In this document: positions 1 to 12,414 of the stretch, piece by piece
How the letters are laid out: each line of letters begins with the position of its first letter
Position numbering within the stretch: position 1 is the stretch's first letter
NCBI RefSeq assembly: GCF_006345805.1
Contig: NC_043012.1
Coordinates: forward strand, 51,770,001 to 51,834,000
Direction of reading: 5' to 3'
Length of the DNA: 64,000 nt
From: Octopus sinensis
Lineage: Eukaryota
The notes under the pieces: model-generated
Told to the model about the DNA's origin: nothing
Seen by the model: the letters and a program-made list of their open reading frames with translations, nothing else
The model's database searches: none
Made by a program: the position numbers and the translations under genes

Positions 1-526
1 ACAAGAATAAATACAGATAAACACGCATATACATATATGGAAAGCTAAGCAGTGAAGGCTAAAATTTGAAAATAGCATTAAGGAAATATATATTATTGGG
101 TGAGAGAAGAACAGATGTAGATAAATAGGGAGGGGGAAAGGGGAAAATATAGTTAAAACAGAGAGGAGAGAGGAACGGGAAAATTGGATAGATAAAAGAT
201 GGGAAGAAAAGATGAAGGTAGGAATAAAGGTTATGGGAAGTAAGAATGAAGAATAAAGAAAATATAATTTGCAGAAATTATTATTAGGTACGGGAAAGAT
301 ACTGCTTTAAAGAGGCGAAAGAGTGTCTTTTCTGATGTGAACACCTGTAAACTCGCACCGTAAATGTATTCATCGGTTTATGTTTGGAAAAGGGGATAGA
401 AAATTGTTCTTTCGCTCAGAGAGGACAAAAAGATTTCCATTTGTCATAAGGGAATGATCTAGATGAATTTTTCCAATCTAAAGAAAAACGTTAGACTCTT
501 TCAGGTGCCCGATTACTATACAAAGT

Positions 527-899
527 GTGGAGGCGCAATGGCCCAGTGGTTAGGGTAGCGGACTCGCGGTCATAGGATCGCGGTTTCGATTCCCAGACCG
601 GGCGTTGTGAGTGTTTACTGAGCGAAAACACCTAAAGCTCCACGAGGCTCCGGCAGGGATGGTGGTGATCCCTGCTGTACTCTTTCTCTCACTCTTACTT
701 CCTGTTTCTGTTGTATCTGTATTTCAAAAGGCCGGCCTTGTCACTCTCTGTGTCACGCTGAATATCCCCGAGAACTACGTTAAGGGTACACGTGTCTGTG
801 GAGTGCTCAGCCACTTACACGTTAATTTCACGAGCAGGCTGTTCCGTTGATCGGATCAACCGGGACCCTCGTCGTCGTAACCGACGGAGTGCTTCCACC
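527..899 (+). mobile_element. tRNA-derived SINE (head type B + tail type 2), complete insertion with TSD
   Basis: A-box (TGGCCCAGTGG) and B-box (GGTTTCGATTCC) in the head; flanked by a 12-bp direct repeat ACTATACAAAGT at 515-526 and 900-911. Confidence 0.9.
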
Positions 900-1256
900 A
901 CTATACAAAGTCCTGTGGAATTACTCTTACGGTTGTATCTGAAGGTAGTCTGTCTGGATTTCCAATCCAATATAGAAAAATTCCTATATATATTTCTCCT
1001 AAATACGTCTCGCTTCTCCACGGAATCAAATCCCACGAAAGTGTGAGCGTTGTTTCCTTGGACATTTAAGCAACATTTTGTTACCTTGTAAAAATTTCCC
1101 TCTCCTCTGTCTCTATTTTAACTTTTTCTCCTTCCCCCACTCCCTATTTATCTATATCTTTATATATGAATATACTTAGAATAAATAAATAGCCATAATA
1201 TAATGTCTATCAGTTGATGAATATCATTTCTGTATCCCCTTCATTTTCTTCTTGTC

Positions 1257-1257
<1 letters not shown>

Positions 1258-1342
<85 letters not shown>

Positions 1343-1408
1343 ATATATATATATTATTGTATATATATAATATAATATATATACATAACATATATATAAC
1401 ATAATATA

Positions 1409-1439
<31 letters not shown>

Positions 1440-1476
1440 GTAATATATTATATACAACTAAAAGAAGCCCGTCGTA

Positions 1477-1526
<50 letters not shown>

Positions 1527-1528
1527 AT
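1258..1528. repeat. (AT)n microsatellite, representative of dozens in the window
   Basis: Direct reading. Similar tracts at about 2460-2590, 4970-5130, 8220-8380, 25440-25550, 40440-40540, 45858-46250, 46750-46950, 52920-53045, 56340-56540 and 59060-59510. Confidence 0.95.
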
Positions 1529-1746
1529 GCGTGGTGTGTGTGTGTTTGTGTGTCTGTGTTTGTCCCCTAGCATTGCTTGACAACAGATGGTGGTGTGTTT
1601 ATGTCCCCCGTTCAGCAAAAGAGACCGATAGAATAAGTACTGGGCTTACAAAAGAATAAGTCTCGGGGTCGAGTTGCTCGATTAAAAGCGGTGCTCCAGC
1701 ATTGCTGCAGTCAAATGACTGAAACAAGTAAAAGAGTAAAAGAGAG
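1456..1746 (+). mobile_element. SINE family A, 5'-truncated copy with internal microsatellite
   Basis: AAGAAGCCCGTCGTATA-(microsatellite)-GTGTTTGTCCCC...GCGGTGCTCCAGCAT...CAGTCAAATGACTGAAACAAGTAAAAGAG; matches other copies in the window. Confidence 0.85.
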
Positions 1747-1859
1747 AGTAAGTGTATATATATATATACGTGTGTGTTTGTGCGTGTGTGTGTGTATTTG
1801 TGCATACACATGCATGTACTTATACTCACATACATTTTCATTAAAATATACACACAAAC

Positions 1860-1860
<1 letters not shown>

Positions 1861-1917
<57 letters not shown>

Positions 1918-1927
1918 TGATAGATAG

Positions 1928-1958
<31 letters not shown>

Positions 1959-1960
1959 GA
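1861..1960. repeat. (TAGA)n microsatellite
   Basis: Direct reading; another large (TAGA)n tract at 4166-4410. Confidence 0.95.
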
Positions 1961-2473
1961 TTAGTATATTTGTGCAGGCACGCTGATAAATACATAGGCA
2001 CAGACATATATTTTGTACATATCATTTAGCTTAAATCGGTTTCACGCAATAATGTGTCAATATATTTTCACAATACCCTGCAACCGAAAAAGCTACTTAA
2101 AATATGACAGCTTTAATTCTCATAAATATTAATTAAATTCAGTTTTATTTTACATGATATAAAATGATAACTCATACCATTTTATCCTTGAACTCTAACT
2201 ATTATCAGTTTCCATTTATTTCACTTATCTCAAGTGAAAATTTAAAGAGAAATAAAAATAAGATGTTACTCTATTGCAACTCTAGATCATTCATTTATTT
2301 ATTTATCGATAATTGATACATAATGAATACTTATAAATCAACAACGTGTAACCAGTTATACACACGTCACGCAAGTTCTGTAAACAATCGCCAACTTAGA
2401 AATACGTATACACATAATTGAAAAGACATATCTATATATGTATATAGATAGATAGATGTATATATGTATATAT

Positions 2474-2518
<45 letters not shown>

Positions 2519-2547
2519 AATATATATATATATATATAATATATATA

Positions 2548-2594
<47 letters not shown>

Positions 2595-2692
2595 TACGGA
2601 AAATTCAGGGTAAATACTTGATAACTGTAAGCACTTGTATATGCCAGTTATTGTGTAGGTGATAGGGTATATTTATTAAAAGTAAAACACGA

Positions 2693-2739
2693 TGCAAAGG
2701 ATTTAGCGGTGCATACGTTGTACCGCTAAATCCTTTGCA
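2693..2739. repeat. 21-bp inverted repeat with 5-nt loop
   Basis: TGCAAAGGATTTAGCGGTGCA-TACGT-TGTACCGCTAAATCCTTTGCA; one G-U pair. Confidence 0.85.
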
Positions 2740-2742
2740 GCC

Positions 2743-2776
<34 letters not shown>

Positions 2777-2982
2777 TAAACGTATCATGTATGTATGATA
2801 TATTTATATCACACATACATAATATGTATGGTATAATTATATATATGCAAATATATATGAAGTGGCAGAGGCAGAGTTATTCAAATGCTCTGATTTGGGT
2901 TCAAATCCTGGTGCAGACGTGGAAACTAATTGTTTCCCTACAAGGTTAACTGTCAAAGACGGTTTTTATATATATCACACTT

Positions 2983-3130
2983 CAGGAGTGGTTGTATGGT
3001 ATGAAACGTGCTCCTCAAACAGATGGTCCCAGGTTCAATCGCAATACCTTGGTCAATTGACTTCTACTATTGCCCTGTACCAACCAAATCTTTGAGTGAA
3101 TTTCTCAGACAGAACCTGAAAAGCGCCCGT

Positions 3131-3167
<37 letters not shown>

Positions 3168-3408
3168 ATGTGAGAGTATCTATGTGTGTATGTATCTATG
3201 TCTATGTTTTCCCCACTCCCCGCTTGGCAATTGCTGTTGATGTGTTTACGTTCCCGCCATCTAGCGGCTCGGCAAACGATCCCGATAGAATAAGTTTCAG
3301 GCTTTAAAAATTGAGTTCTGAGGTCGATTTGTTCGAATAAAATGCATGAAGGCGATGTCCAAGCATGGCCGCAATCAACATTGATTGTAACAATAAAAGA
3401 TAAAAGAA
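2983..3408 (+). mobile_element. SINE family A, old diverged full-length copy
   Basis: Head CAGGAGTGGTTGTATGG...GGTTCAATC, internal (GT)n, tail GGCGATGTCCAAGCATGGCCGCAATC. Confidence 0.75.
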
Positions 3409-4183
3409 AATAAATATGGGAAATTACAATAAACACAATCTTATATCATATTTTCCTACATCCGTTTCTCCATTGTGGCTGCTTGAAACTACAATGAGTC
3501 ATCTGGAAATTCATTACCCAGTTATGTTTCAGGGAACTACTGTCTAAATTTGGACTCATAGTGTGACATTTTATGAGTATTTTGAAAGGAAACTACAAAG
3601 AAAGCTATGAGCACTGAGAGAGATAGGCGAATAAAGACTCGATAGAAAATAGTAGCGCAGAAGAAAAGAAAGACAAAAGATAGATTGTAATTGAAGAAAT
3701 AACAAAAGAAATGAATGAACTGAACAAGCTTCAGTCAAATGCAGTTTTTAATATTCAAACAAAATGAATAACAAAATGAAAAAATGCACCTTAGAAGTAA
3801 AAAAGGAGAAGCGTGAATAGAAAAAAAGCTTGGTAAAAAATAGGACATGATTTATGGTTTAAAATAGGACACGATTTAGAAAGATATTACCAGAAGGGAA
3901 GTGAGTGGAAATGGGCAGTTTTTTAGGGCATTGACCAAATCGATACTGATATAGAAAAATATATGTGTTTTACTGGGCCACGACCTTAAAAGATACCATA
4001 GGCACGAAGAGGTCTAGATGAATATTTGAAAAGGACTGAAATTAAACACATATTTGCACATATTCTTACGATATGTTGGGGGGGGGGGGCGCACATACAC
4101 TCGCAAACTCACACTTACGCGCGCACACCCCTATAAGTATCTATATATCTTTCAATCTATCTATCTATAGATATATACATAAG

Positions 4184-4254
<71 letters not shown>

Positions 4255-4255
4255 G

Positions 4256-4287
<32 letters not shown>

Positions 4288-4320
4288 GAGATAGATAGAT
4301 AGATATATAGATAGATAGAT

Positions 4321-4401
<81 letters not shown>

Positions 4402-4408
4402 GACAGAT

Positions 4409-4826
4409 AGAAGTCGCTGATGTGGTAAGTAGCCTGCTTACCAACCACATGGTTCCGCGTTCAGTCTCTCTGCGTGGCACCTAGGGCAAGTGTCTTCTAC
4501 TATAACCTCTGGCTAACCAAAACACTGTGAGAGAATTTCGTAGACAAAAACTAAAAGAAACTCGTCGTATATATGTGTGCGTGTGTTCGTGAGTGTACGT
4601 GTGTTTGTGATGTGTGTGTGTATTTCTGTCTATTTGTCCCCAATCATCGCTTGATAACCGATGATGGTGTGTTTACGTCCCTGTAACAGAGCGGTCTGGC
4701 AAAAGGGATTTATAAAATAAGTACTAGGCTTACAAAGAATAAGTGCTGGTGTCGATTTGTTCGACTGTAGGCGGTGCTCCAGCATTGCCGCATTCAAATT
4801 ACTGAAAGAAGTAGAAGAATAAAAGA
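4409..4826 (+). mobile_element. SINE family A, full-length copy
   Basis: tRNA-like head (TGTGGTAAGTAG...GGTTCCGCGTTCAGTC), CORE-like GCACCTAGGGCAAGTGTCTTCT, internal GT-rich tract, tail GGCGGTGCTCCAGCATTGCCGCA. Confidence 0.85.
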
Positions 4827-4987
4827 ATGTATATCAATCTTCTGTTTGAAGAGAGGTTATATGCCCTCAATCATTCGTAGTCTATAAAACAAAACGCTTT
4901 ATAGAAGCAATAGCATTGACCACTTTGTGGCTGGATATATATGTAACTGCAAGCAAAATAAAATATTACATATATATATATACATGC

Positions 4988-5027
<40 letters not shown>

Positions 5028-5091
5028 TATACATATACACACACAACACATATATATATAGATATATATATATTATATTATATATATATAT

Positions 5092-5130
<39 letters not shown>

Positions 5131-5169
<39 letters not shown>

Positions 5170-5180
5170 TATTAGATGGG

Positions 5181-5218
<38 letters not shown>
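5131..5218. repeat. (GATA)n tract abutting the 3' end of the Tx1/L1 element
   Basis: Direct reading; the matching (GATA)n tract at 7485-7538 abuts the element's 5' end. Confidence 0.9.
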
Positions 5219-5553
5219 TGTTTTTATTAGCCACACAGGGCTGCACACAGATAGAACAAATTACAAGGTAGAGCTTTTCTGTTTGAAGGTATTAAAAAAA
5301 AAAAAAAAAAAAGGAAAGGAAGGGGGAGGTTCGATCAAAAGGGATCGTAAAAGGAGAGAAAGAGGACAAAAATAAGGGGGGTTAAAAAAAAAAAAAAAAA
5401 AAAAGGGGGGGGAGAGGAAAAAAAATGATCAATAGGGATCGTTATCACAGAAATGTCAATATGAAGTGTAAAGGGGAGGACAGGTGAGGTTTACCCGTGG
5501 AAAGAAAAGCCTGCGGAAAAGACCACGGTAACCTCGGTCAATGAAGTCACATT

Positions 5554-5585
<32 letters not shown>

Positions 5586-7484
5586 GCAAATAAGCAACTC
5601 TCTGTTTTCGATTTCTGGGTTCATAGGACTATGCTCAAGGTGGCTTCGTCATTCATACGTGCCATTCTTGCTACATTCACCCATCTTTTTTTAAAACATT
5701 CGCTAGACAAAACTTGCCTCTCTACTCTCACTTTCCTTTTCAAGTGGTACTTGAAGAAGTTGATGAGAGATTGACCAGAGAGGAAAGTGTTTGTCTCCAA
5801 TCCTTTCAGACGCGTCCACCAGATACATTCTTTCGCCATAGCCACAAGCGGATGAAAATAGCTCTTCCTTCCCGTTTGAAGGAAGGAGGCGTGACAATAT
5901 TGACGATAGACTCAGCTGATAAACCGACTCGTCCCACACGTGACAGCAGTTGTTCGACATAAGCCCACAGGTCGGAAATTGTTGGACACTGAACGAGTGC
6001 GTGCAGAACGGTTTCGTCGCTCTGACCGCATCTCGGGCAGGTCGGCCCCGTGTTTCTCGAGCCGTGTCTGTAGAGCTTATCCCGAACGGGTAGCGCTTCT
6101 CGGTAGCACTGCCAGGCCAGGGATCTCTGGAAGTTGTCCATGGGCCCTGGCCCGAAAGTCGTCCCGAACAGGCGGGTCAGGTACTCCTCGTCGACGTCCA
6201 GGTTCGCCCCGAGCTCGTCGTCGTACCTCCCCTCCACTAAACCCCTATAGAATGCTTTGGTTGTGTTGAAGTCACTTAAGGTCGACCCAGGACGGCAGAG
6301 TTGCTTGAGAGCAACGCGACACTCGCGGTGCCATTCGCCCTTCCTCGGCCTCTTTTTGATCCACGACTGCAGTTCGGTCATGGAGACAAGCTGCGGGAAA
6401 GCGTGCCTCACAAACGGCGACCACACCTGTTCACCGTCGTCTACATAGAGCCAGAGATGTCGCAGTCTCAGCGCGTGTCTGCGCATCATCAACCACGGCA
6501 TGCCCAGCCCTCCTTTTAACGGGTGTTGACAGCAAATGGATCGCCTGACCATCGGGACGCATCCTTTCCACAAGAAGCGAAAGAGGATGCGTTGTAGTTT
6601 GGTGATGGTAGGGTCGGGACAAGGTACGACGGTCAGGCGGTAGTAGATGACGGCCGCGATGTACGTGTTCGCCACCTCCGCTCGAACCTTTTAGGGACAG
6701 TTTCCTCTCGGCCCATTGCGGCGAGAGAGTGACCACCTACTCGTTATCTCGTTCCAGTTCTTCTCCACTTGGAGGTCCGGACCAAACCAGACCCCGAGCA
6801 ACTCAACCGGGCCGTCGGTTCCAGCGTCCCACGACGGAGGCGCTGGTGGACGGCATGGGCTTGCTTCTCCAGGTGCCTAGTCGCAAGCCCACTGACTTTT
6901 CCGGTTGATTTTCGCTCCTGTCACCGCTTCGTAGTTTTTCAGTGTCTCGCCGACCAGCTCGATGTGCTCGTGGCTAGACACTATGACGGTGACGTCGTCC
7001 GCGTATGCAGACACGCTCGTCCCGCATCCAATTCTCGCGGGATGCCCCTTAGAGTCGCCAGCTTCCGCAGTAGTGGCTCAAGAGTCAATACGTATAGAAG
7101 CGCCGAGAGGGGGCATCCCTGACGGACCGAACGTGCAATGTCGAAAGGTCTCGATAGATGTCCATTTACGCGAATTACCGAACGGATGCCTCTGTACAAG
7201 GCAGCTATCCAGCCGCGGAAGACGGGACCGAAACCAGCCGCTCTCAGGACTGCCTCCAAGTATCGATGGTCTACCCTATCAAAGGCTTTTGATTGATCCA
7301 AGTTGATCAGGGCCCCTCCCATGCCAGGTTCGTTAACTACCCTGTCTATGATGTAGCGCATCAGATGGAGGTTGTCATGGATGGTCCGGCCTGGCACGGC
7401 GCATGTTTGCGCCTTGTCGACCAGTTTCTCGATGACAAGCGCCAACCTCTTGGCTAGCACCTTGGCCAAAATTTTCAAGTCTGC
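5219..7484 (-). mobile_element. 5'-truncated L1-clade (Tx1-like) non-LTR retrotransposon
   Basis: Minus-strand RT motifs KILAKVLAKRL, LDQSKAFDRVDH, RQGCPLS, YADD (6994-7005); C-terminal CPRC...ETVLH..VQC zinc finger; 3' UTR ending in AATAAAAA at 5221-5228. Confidence 0.92.
5621..7484 (-). pseudogene. Frameshifted ORF2 remnant (RT + zf-RVT) of the Tx1-like element
   Basis: ORF pieces 6981-7478, 5806-6675 and 5621-5845 lie in different frames but join into one collinear L1/Tx1 ORF2 C-terminal half. Confidence 0.88.
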
Positions 7485-7539
<55 letters not shown>

Positions 7540-8214
7540 AGGAAAGAGAAATAGGAAATAGAGGGAGAGGAGATATGGATAGTGTATGTTGTTTTGTTTT
7601 TCTCGGCTTTTCCTACTTGTGAATATTTTTACATGAAAATATCTATTTGCCAGTCAGATTTCTATAATCTACTCTCTTTCTAATCTGTCCAAAAAGTATT
7701 TTGAAACTATTTCAAATTTAGTAAATATTTCGTTATCATGTTTCCTTTTCACATTCAGGCTTAAATTACATGTTTCCAACAAACATACACAAGTAAGGTT
7801 TAACTTGACTTAAATTGAATCAAATATGTACACACAAAGAAAAATAGGCACCATCTGTACACACTTATGGGCGCATATAAGTATATATACATGTTCATTT
7901 TTTTGCATGGAAAGAAAGTTGTTTGTAACCTATAAGACAGGTGGTTAGAATGTAAGTTGCGTGTCTACATAGGTATGTAATATATGAGTCTCGACATAAA
8001 CAGCTGATATATATATATATATATATGTATGCGTGTATGCTTGTGTCTGTCGGCATGTGATTGAAACAGAGAGCTTATACATTCATTCTTCAAGTATGTG
8101 TATGATATATTAGCTAGAATACGCGTGTTTTATCCTGTTGTCTAATTGTACACAAACCAGAATCAATGTATTAATGCGTCTGCGACACTGAATCTATAAT
8201 TTTGTCTGTAAGTA

Positions 8215-8277
<63 letters not shown>

Positions 8278-10603
8278 GCGTGTATATAAATGCATATATA
8301 CATACATAATATATATATATATGTATATATAATGTTATATATATATATATATATATATAATTATATATATATATATATATTATGTATATACTCATACATA
8401 CATACTTGTAAACAATTTCATATTTAACGTATGTTTTACATACATTGTATGTGTAGTGTAGCTGCATAAATTTGGTAACAGCAGGTATAGAAGATAAGGA
8501 TATTCGCAGCATGATAAATCGTTTTAATTACTGATAAAACTTGTTGGATGAAACATTTAGCAATGAAGCAGAAAAATTAATTACAAACTTTGTTTGTGTA
8601 TATATAAATAATTACCTTTTCTTATTAGCTTCTTAATATTTTCCGTTTCGCTTTCTCGAATTTAAAATCCCCATTTATATTGTTATAAGTCTATGTGAGT
8701 TTGTTGTATGCAATTTCGCATACATTTCAAAGATATGTATGCTTGCACACAATCATAACCAGACACATTTAGCAAAGAACTTGATTTAGTAGTTACACGT
8801 ATTTTTATTCGCGTTCCTAAGGGTGTGTGTGTAAACATTATATATGTATGCATGAATGTATTATGTATGCATGTGTGTATGTATGTATCTCTCTCTCTCT
8901 CATATATATATATATACACATCTATTTATATATATGTGTATGTATATATATGTATCTATATTTCATAATCTATGTATGTACCTATGAATATATATGAGTG
9001 TGTGTGGTGTCTGTGTATGTATGTATCTATCTACATAGAGAGAAAGAGAGAGGGAGAGAAAGAAAGAGAGAATTTGATACTATAATTTTTGATAAATATG
9101 TATGCGCACTGATGTGTTTGTGTATATATGTGTAGTTGTATATTTCTAATTATCATTGTGTGCAACTGTATACGTATGCACGGGTATTTTTTTCTATATA
9201 AGTTGAAATATTTGTAGATTTGTTCGCACCTTAAGCATATGAAACAACCAATATGCAGATAACAATTTTTACTAATATATCAGATATCAGATAATATCTG
9301 ATTGTGAAATATATTAAGAAACTACAATTTTGAAGTCATAAAAATTACCCTACTCCAAACAATGAATAAAAGAATGGATCGACGTGAAAATACAGAACTG
9401 AAATTAGCAAATATTATCGCATGAACGTAAATAGTAATATTCAAAATCTTAAAACTAGCGAAATCAATTACAACTTAATTCTTTAGATGAAATTTCGCAA
9501 ATGTTCCTAAATGTTAACACGATAAAGGTATTTACCTGTTTATGACTAATAATTTGGAATGATATTATATTTTTGCCGGCATTTAACCGTTGACATATGT
9601 AGAGCGCATAACATTAAAGCACTGGCTGCGAACGTGATGTGCACACGATTAATTTTGAACGTTCAATTCAGGAATATTTTGCTTCAGCTTCATGGATAAT
9701 ATAATTAGAGACAATGAAAATTTTGTTTTAATTTTGTTTTTCACATATGGTATTGTGTTGAGTAACACATCGGTTGATGAGACATATTTGCTTCAGTCAC
9801 CCTTGTCTTTTCGCCACATCTTCCCCCGTGGGATCCATTTATTTTAGATCATTCAATACAGGATTCCTCTGGTTTTGTGTAACCTTCATGCACGTCTTAT
9901 ATATAGTGGTAGCAAGAACGTTAATATCTTTCGATGTTTCCTTCTTCCCGCTGGGGAGAATAGTGAAGAAGACAGCTGTATCTGCATTAGTGTTGAGTGA
10001 GTAACTTAAATCATCATAGCTGCTTCGGAAGAAACGGATATACCGATCAGAAATGCAAGACACACTTCTGTTTCTAACGATTGTCAAACACTTTCATAAA
10101 TGTCACAGAAGAGAACTCACCAAATTACTGTAGTATAAGGTTTTGTCGAAAAGAAGATTACATTTTATGAGTTTAGAAAGACAAAATTCATTTTCTTTAT
10201 ATTCAATATATCAACAGATTTCGTCCTCGAATGTTCAGTTATATAAACATGCGTATACTCCATAATCAGGTACGTTAAATGAAGTCAGTTGTTTGGTCTC
10301 TGTTGATGAAAGGCATCCATTAAATGTTGAACGAGCCTATTGATTTCGAAAGGTAGTTTGTAGAGAATTTACAAAAGTTATTCATTTTACAAGAAGGATT
10401 TGGGTTCAATAAATCACCACCAGCAGAATTATGGTGAAGTACTATATACACGACACGCAAATTCAAGTATATATTTTGGCATATAACAACACTTTCGGAG
10501 TAGCAAAGTTATAGTTAGCATAGTGAGAATATACGTCATCTGAGTTTCGGATAATAATTGAACTGTCGATTTTCAAATAAAGTTCATATATATATATATA
10601 TAT

Positions 10604-10686
<83 letters not shown>

Positions 10687-10725
10687 TGTGTGTATGTATG
10701 TATATATATAATATATATATTATAT

Positions 10726-11029
10726 ATCACCGTGCCCGACCAGGCTATCATATGTTGCTACACATCGCTGGCCACAATGCACTTCGCATTGTTTTAGCCT
10801 TTAATTGACGCCACCCGCTGGCTAAGCGAGCAGGCCAACAGAAGAAGGAGTGAGAGAACGTTTTGGCGAAATAGTACAGCAGGGACCGTCACCACGCCCT
10901 GCCGGAGCCTCGTGGAGCTTTTAGGTGTTTTCGCTCAATAAACATTCACAACGCCCGGTCTGGGAATCGAAACCGCGATATTACGACGGCGAGTCTGCTG
11001 CCCTAACCACTGGGCCATTGCGCCTCCAC
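10726..11029 (-). mobile_element. tRNA-derived SINE (head type B + tail type 1)
   Basis: Reverse complement starts GTGGAGGCGCAATGGCCCAGTGGTTAGG, near-identical to the head at 527, but ends in a different tail (CTTAGCCAGCGGGTGGCG...GGGCACGGTGAT). Confidence 0.88.
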
Positions 11030-11159
11030 ACACACACACACACAAATACACACACACCACACACACACACACACACACATACACACACACACATATATAT
11101 ATATATACAAGCATACACATAACACACACGCACGCACATGCACACACATATATGTACAT

Positions 11160-11420
11160 ATATAGAGTTGCTGTTACAGCAACACTACGCGATAACCTGA
11201 CCGAACAGAAGAATTGCATCGGGTTATGCAGAGACGACTTCAAAATACAATACGCTAAACACCTATGTTCTTTCCACCACATGGACAAAAGTGAAGCCAC
11301 TGCGTTGGCAAGTCATGGGCCTTGCAGACCAGCTGTATGTCATATACAATCAAGTGTGGAGTTGTGAAGAATCCATGCCATATATTAACGAATATAAAAG
11401 TGCAAGTTATGTTCATCAAG
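11160..11420 (+). mobile_element. Penelope-like element fragment (GIY-YIG endonuclease remnant)
   Basis: KNCIGLCRDDFKIQYAKHLCSFHHMDKSEATALASH aligns with the PLE motif YIG..F..RY..H..SF.....T.L..HIW and with the copy near 16100-16250. Confidence 0.7.
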
Positions 11421-11497
11421 TTCTCATTCTCATCAAGCCTTCATCAAGTTCTCATTCCGAAGGTATTTTTCGATGTTATTATTATTATTATTATTAC

Positions 11498-11526
<29 letters not shown>

Positions 11527-11529
<3 letters not shown>

Positions 11530-11600
11530 TCACTGCCTGGAATCGAACTCGGAAGCTTGGGGTTAGTAGCTCGCGCTCTTAACCACTACGCTGTATGCTC
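11527..11600 (-). promoter_or_regulatory. tRNA-like Pol III promoter module inside the PLE 3' region
   Basis: Reverse complement AGCGTAGTGGTTAAG (A-box-like)...GAGTTCGATTCC (B-box), followed by (AAT)n. Confidence 0.6.
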
Positions 11601-12115
11601 GTGGGAAATTATGGAAATAATTTTTAGGGCCTATAGTTCTAATATTTTCCTATCCTTCCTTAATACCGGTTCCCATATGCTATTCATATCTGCACTCGGT
11701 CTGCTTAGGAGGTTGTTGTGTCCTAGCGTATGTACTGCTTCTTTTAGTTTTCATATTTTCCATTGGTACTCTCTGTCCATTATTTTAACCTCATCTCACA
11801 GGGGGAGGTGGTCTCCATTTTTCCATACATGATCAGCTATACCCGACTTATCAATATCTCCTGATGTCACAGCTTTGCGATATTCCTCTACACTTCTTTT
11901 GAAGGGGCGGCATGTTTCGCCTTTGTATAACCTACCACTGCTGCATGGGATGGAGTACACGCAGTTTTTGGCCATATTCTCTTTTATTGGTCATTTTACC
12001 AGGAGATATTTGCGAAGTGTTGCATTACTCTTGAATACTGTCCTAATGTCATATGGGCCGCATGTCGTTTGTATCTTTTCGGAGAGGCATTTCACAAAGA
12101 CATCCTTCCCCATGA

Positions 12116-12157
12116 CACATGATGAAGGCTGAGTGTATATCAGCCGAAACGTTGTGT
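12116..12157 (+). ncRNA. Minimal type I hammerhead ribozyme motif (core C3->A variant)
   Basis: ACAC-ATGATGA-A-GGCTG(n9)CAGCC-GAAA-CG-TT-GTGT: stem I ACAC/GTGT, 5-bp stem II, palindromic ACGT stem III. Confidence 0.65.
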
Positions 12158-12311
12158 TAACAACGAACAAAATAAGGACAAATATCCGTCGAATGTAACC
12201 AATGTAGATAATGTACATAATTCCTCATCTCATAAATATAGAACTGTATATTTATATTTGTACATTCATATAATGTATTATATATATAATATATATAATA
12301 TATATATATAT

Positions 12312-12342
<31 letters not shown>

Positions 12343-12362
12343 TATATTTATTATATAGAAGG

Positions 12363-12414
12363 AGCTTCTACAGGACTAGTACTGTTTCCATTCAAGAGAA
12401 ATCTTCAGGAAGCT
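12363..12414 (-). ncRNA. Type I hammerhead ribozyme motif in the left arm
   Basis: Reverse complement AGCTTC-CTGAAGA-(weak stem II TTC/GAA)-GAAA-CAG(n8)CTG-TA-GAAGCT: 6-bp stem I, closed stem III, GUA cleavage triplet. Confidence 0.65.

Larger units (their letters stand above)
11410..12250 (-). mobile_element. 5'-truncated Penelope-like element with an inverted pLTR piece at its 5' junction
   Basis: Minus strand reads KNCVYSIPCSSGRLYKGETCRP..EEYRKAVTSGDIDKSGIADHVW..KLKEAVH (GIY-YIG). TGATGAAGGCT occurs at 11436-11446 (-) and again inverted at 12120-12130 (+). Confidence 0.85.

Noticed and set aside
527-605. tRNA gene candidates (also 38724-38795 and 11527-11600)
   Set aside because: They are tRNA-like heads continuing into SINE or PLE bodies; acceptor stems and terminators are not those of functional tRNA genes.
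300-1080. Reading frames restored by removing the SINE (possible small exon VPDYYTKSCG... or LINE ORF1 relic on the minus strand)
   Set aside because: No recognisable domain and stops in every frame; I cannot distinguish it from chance.
9839-10087. Minus-strand ORF with NADTAVFFTILP, reminiscent of pogo/Tigger NADETGLF
   Set aside because: A single weak motif with no supporting downstream DDE motifs or TIRs.
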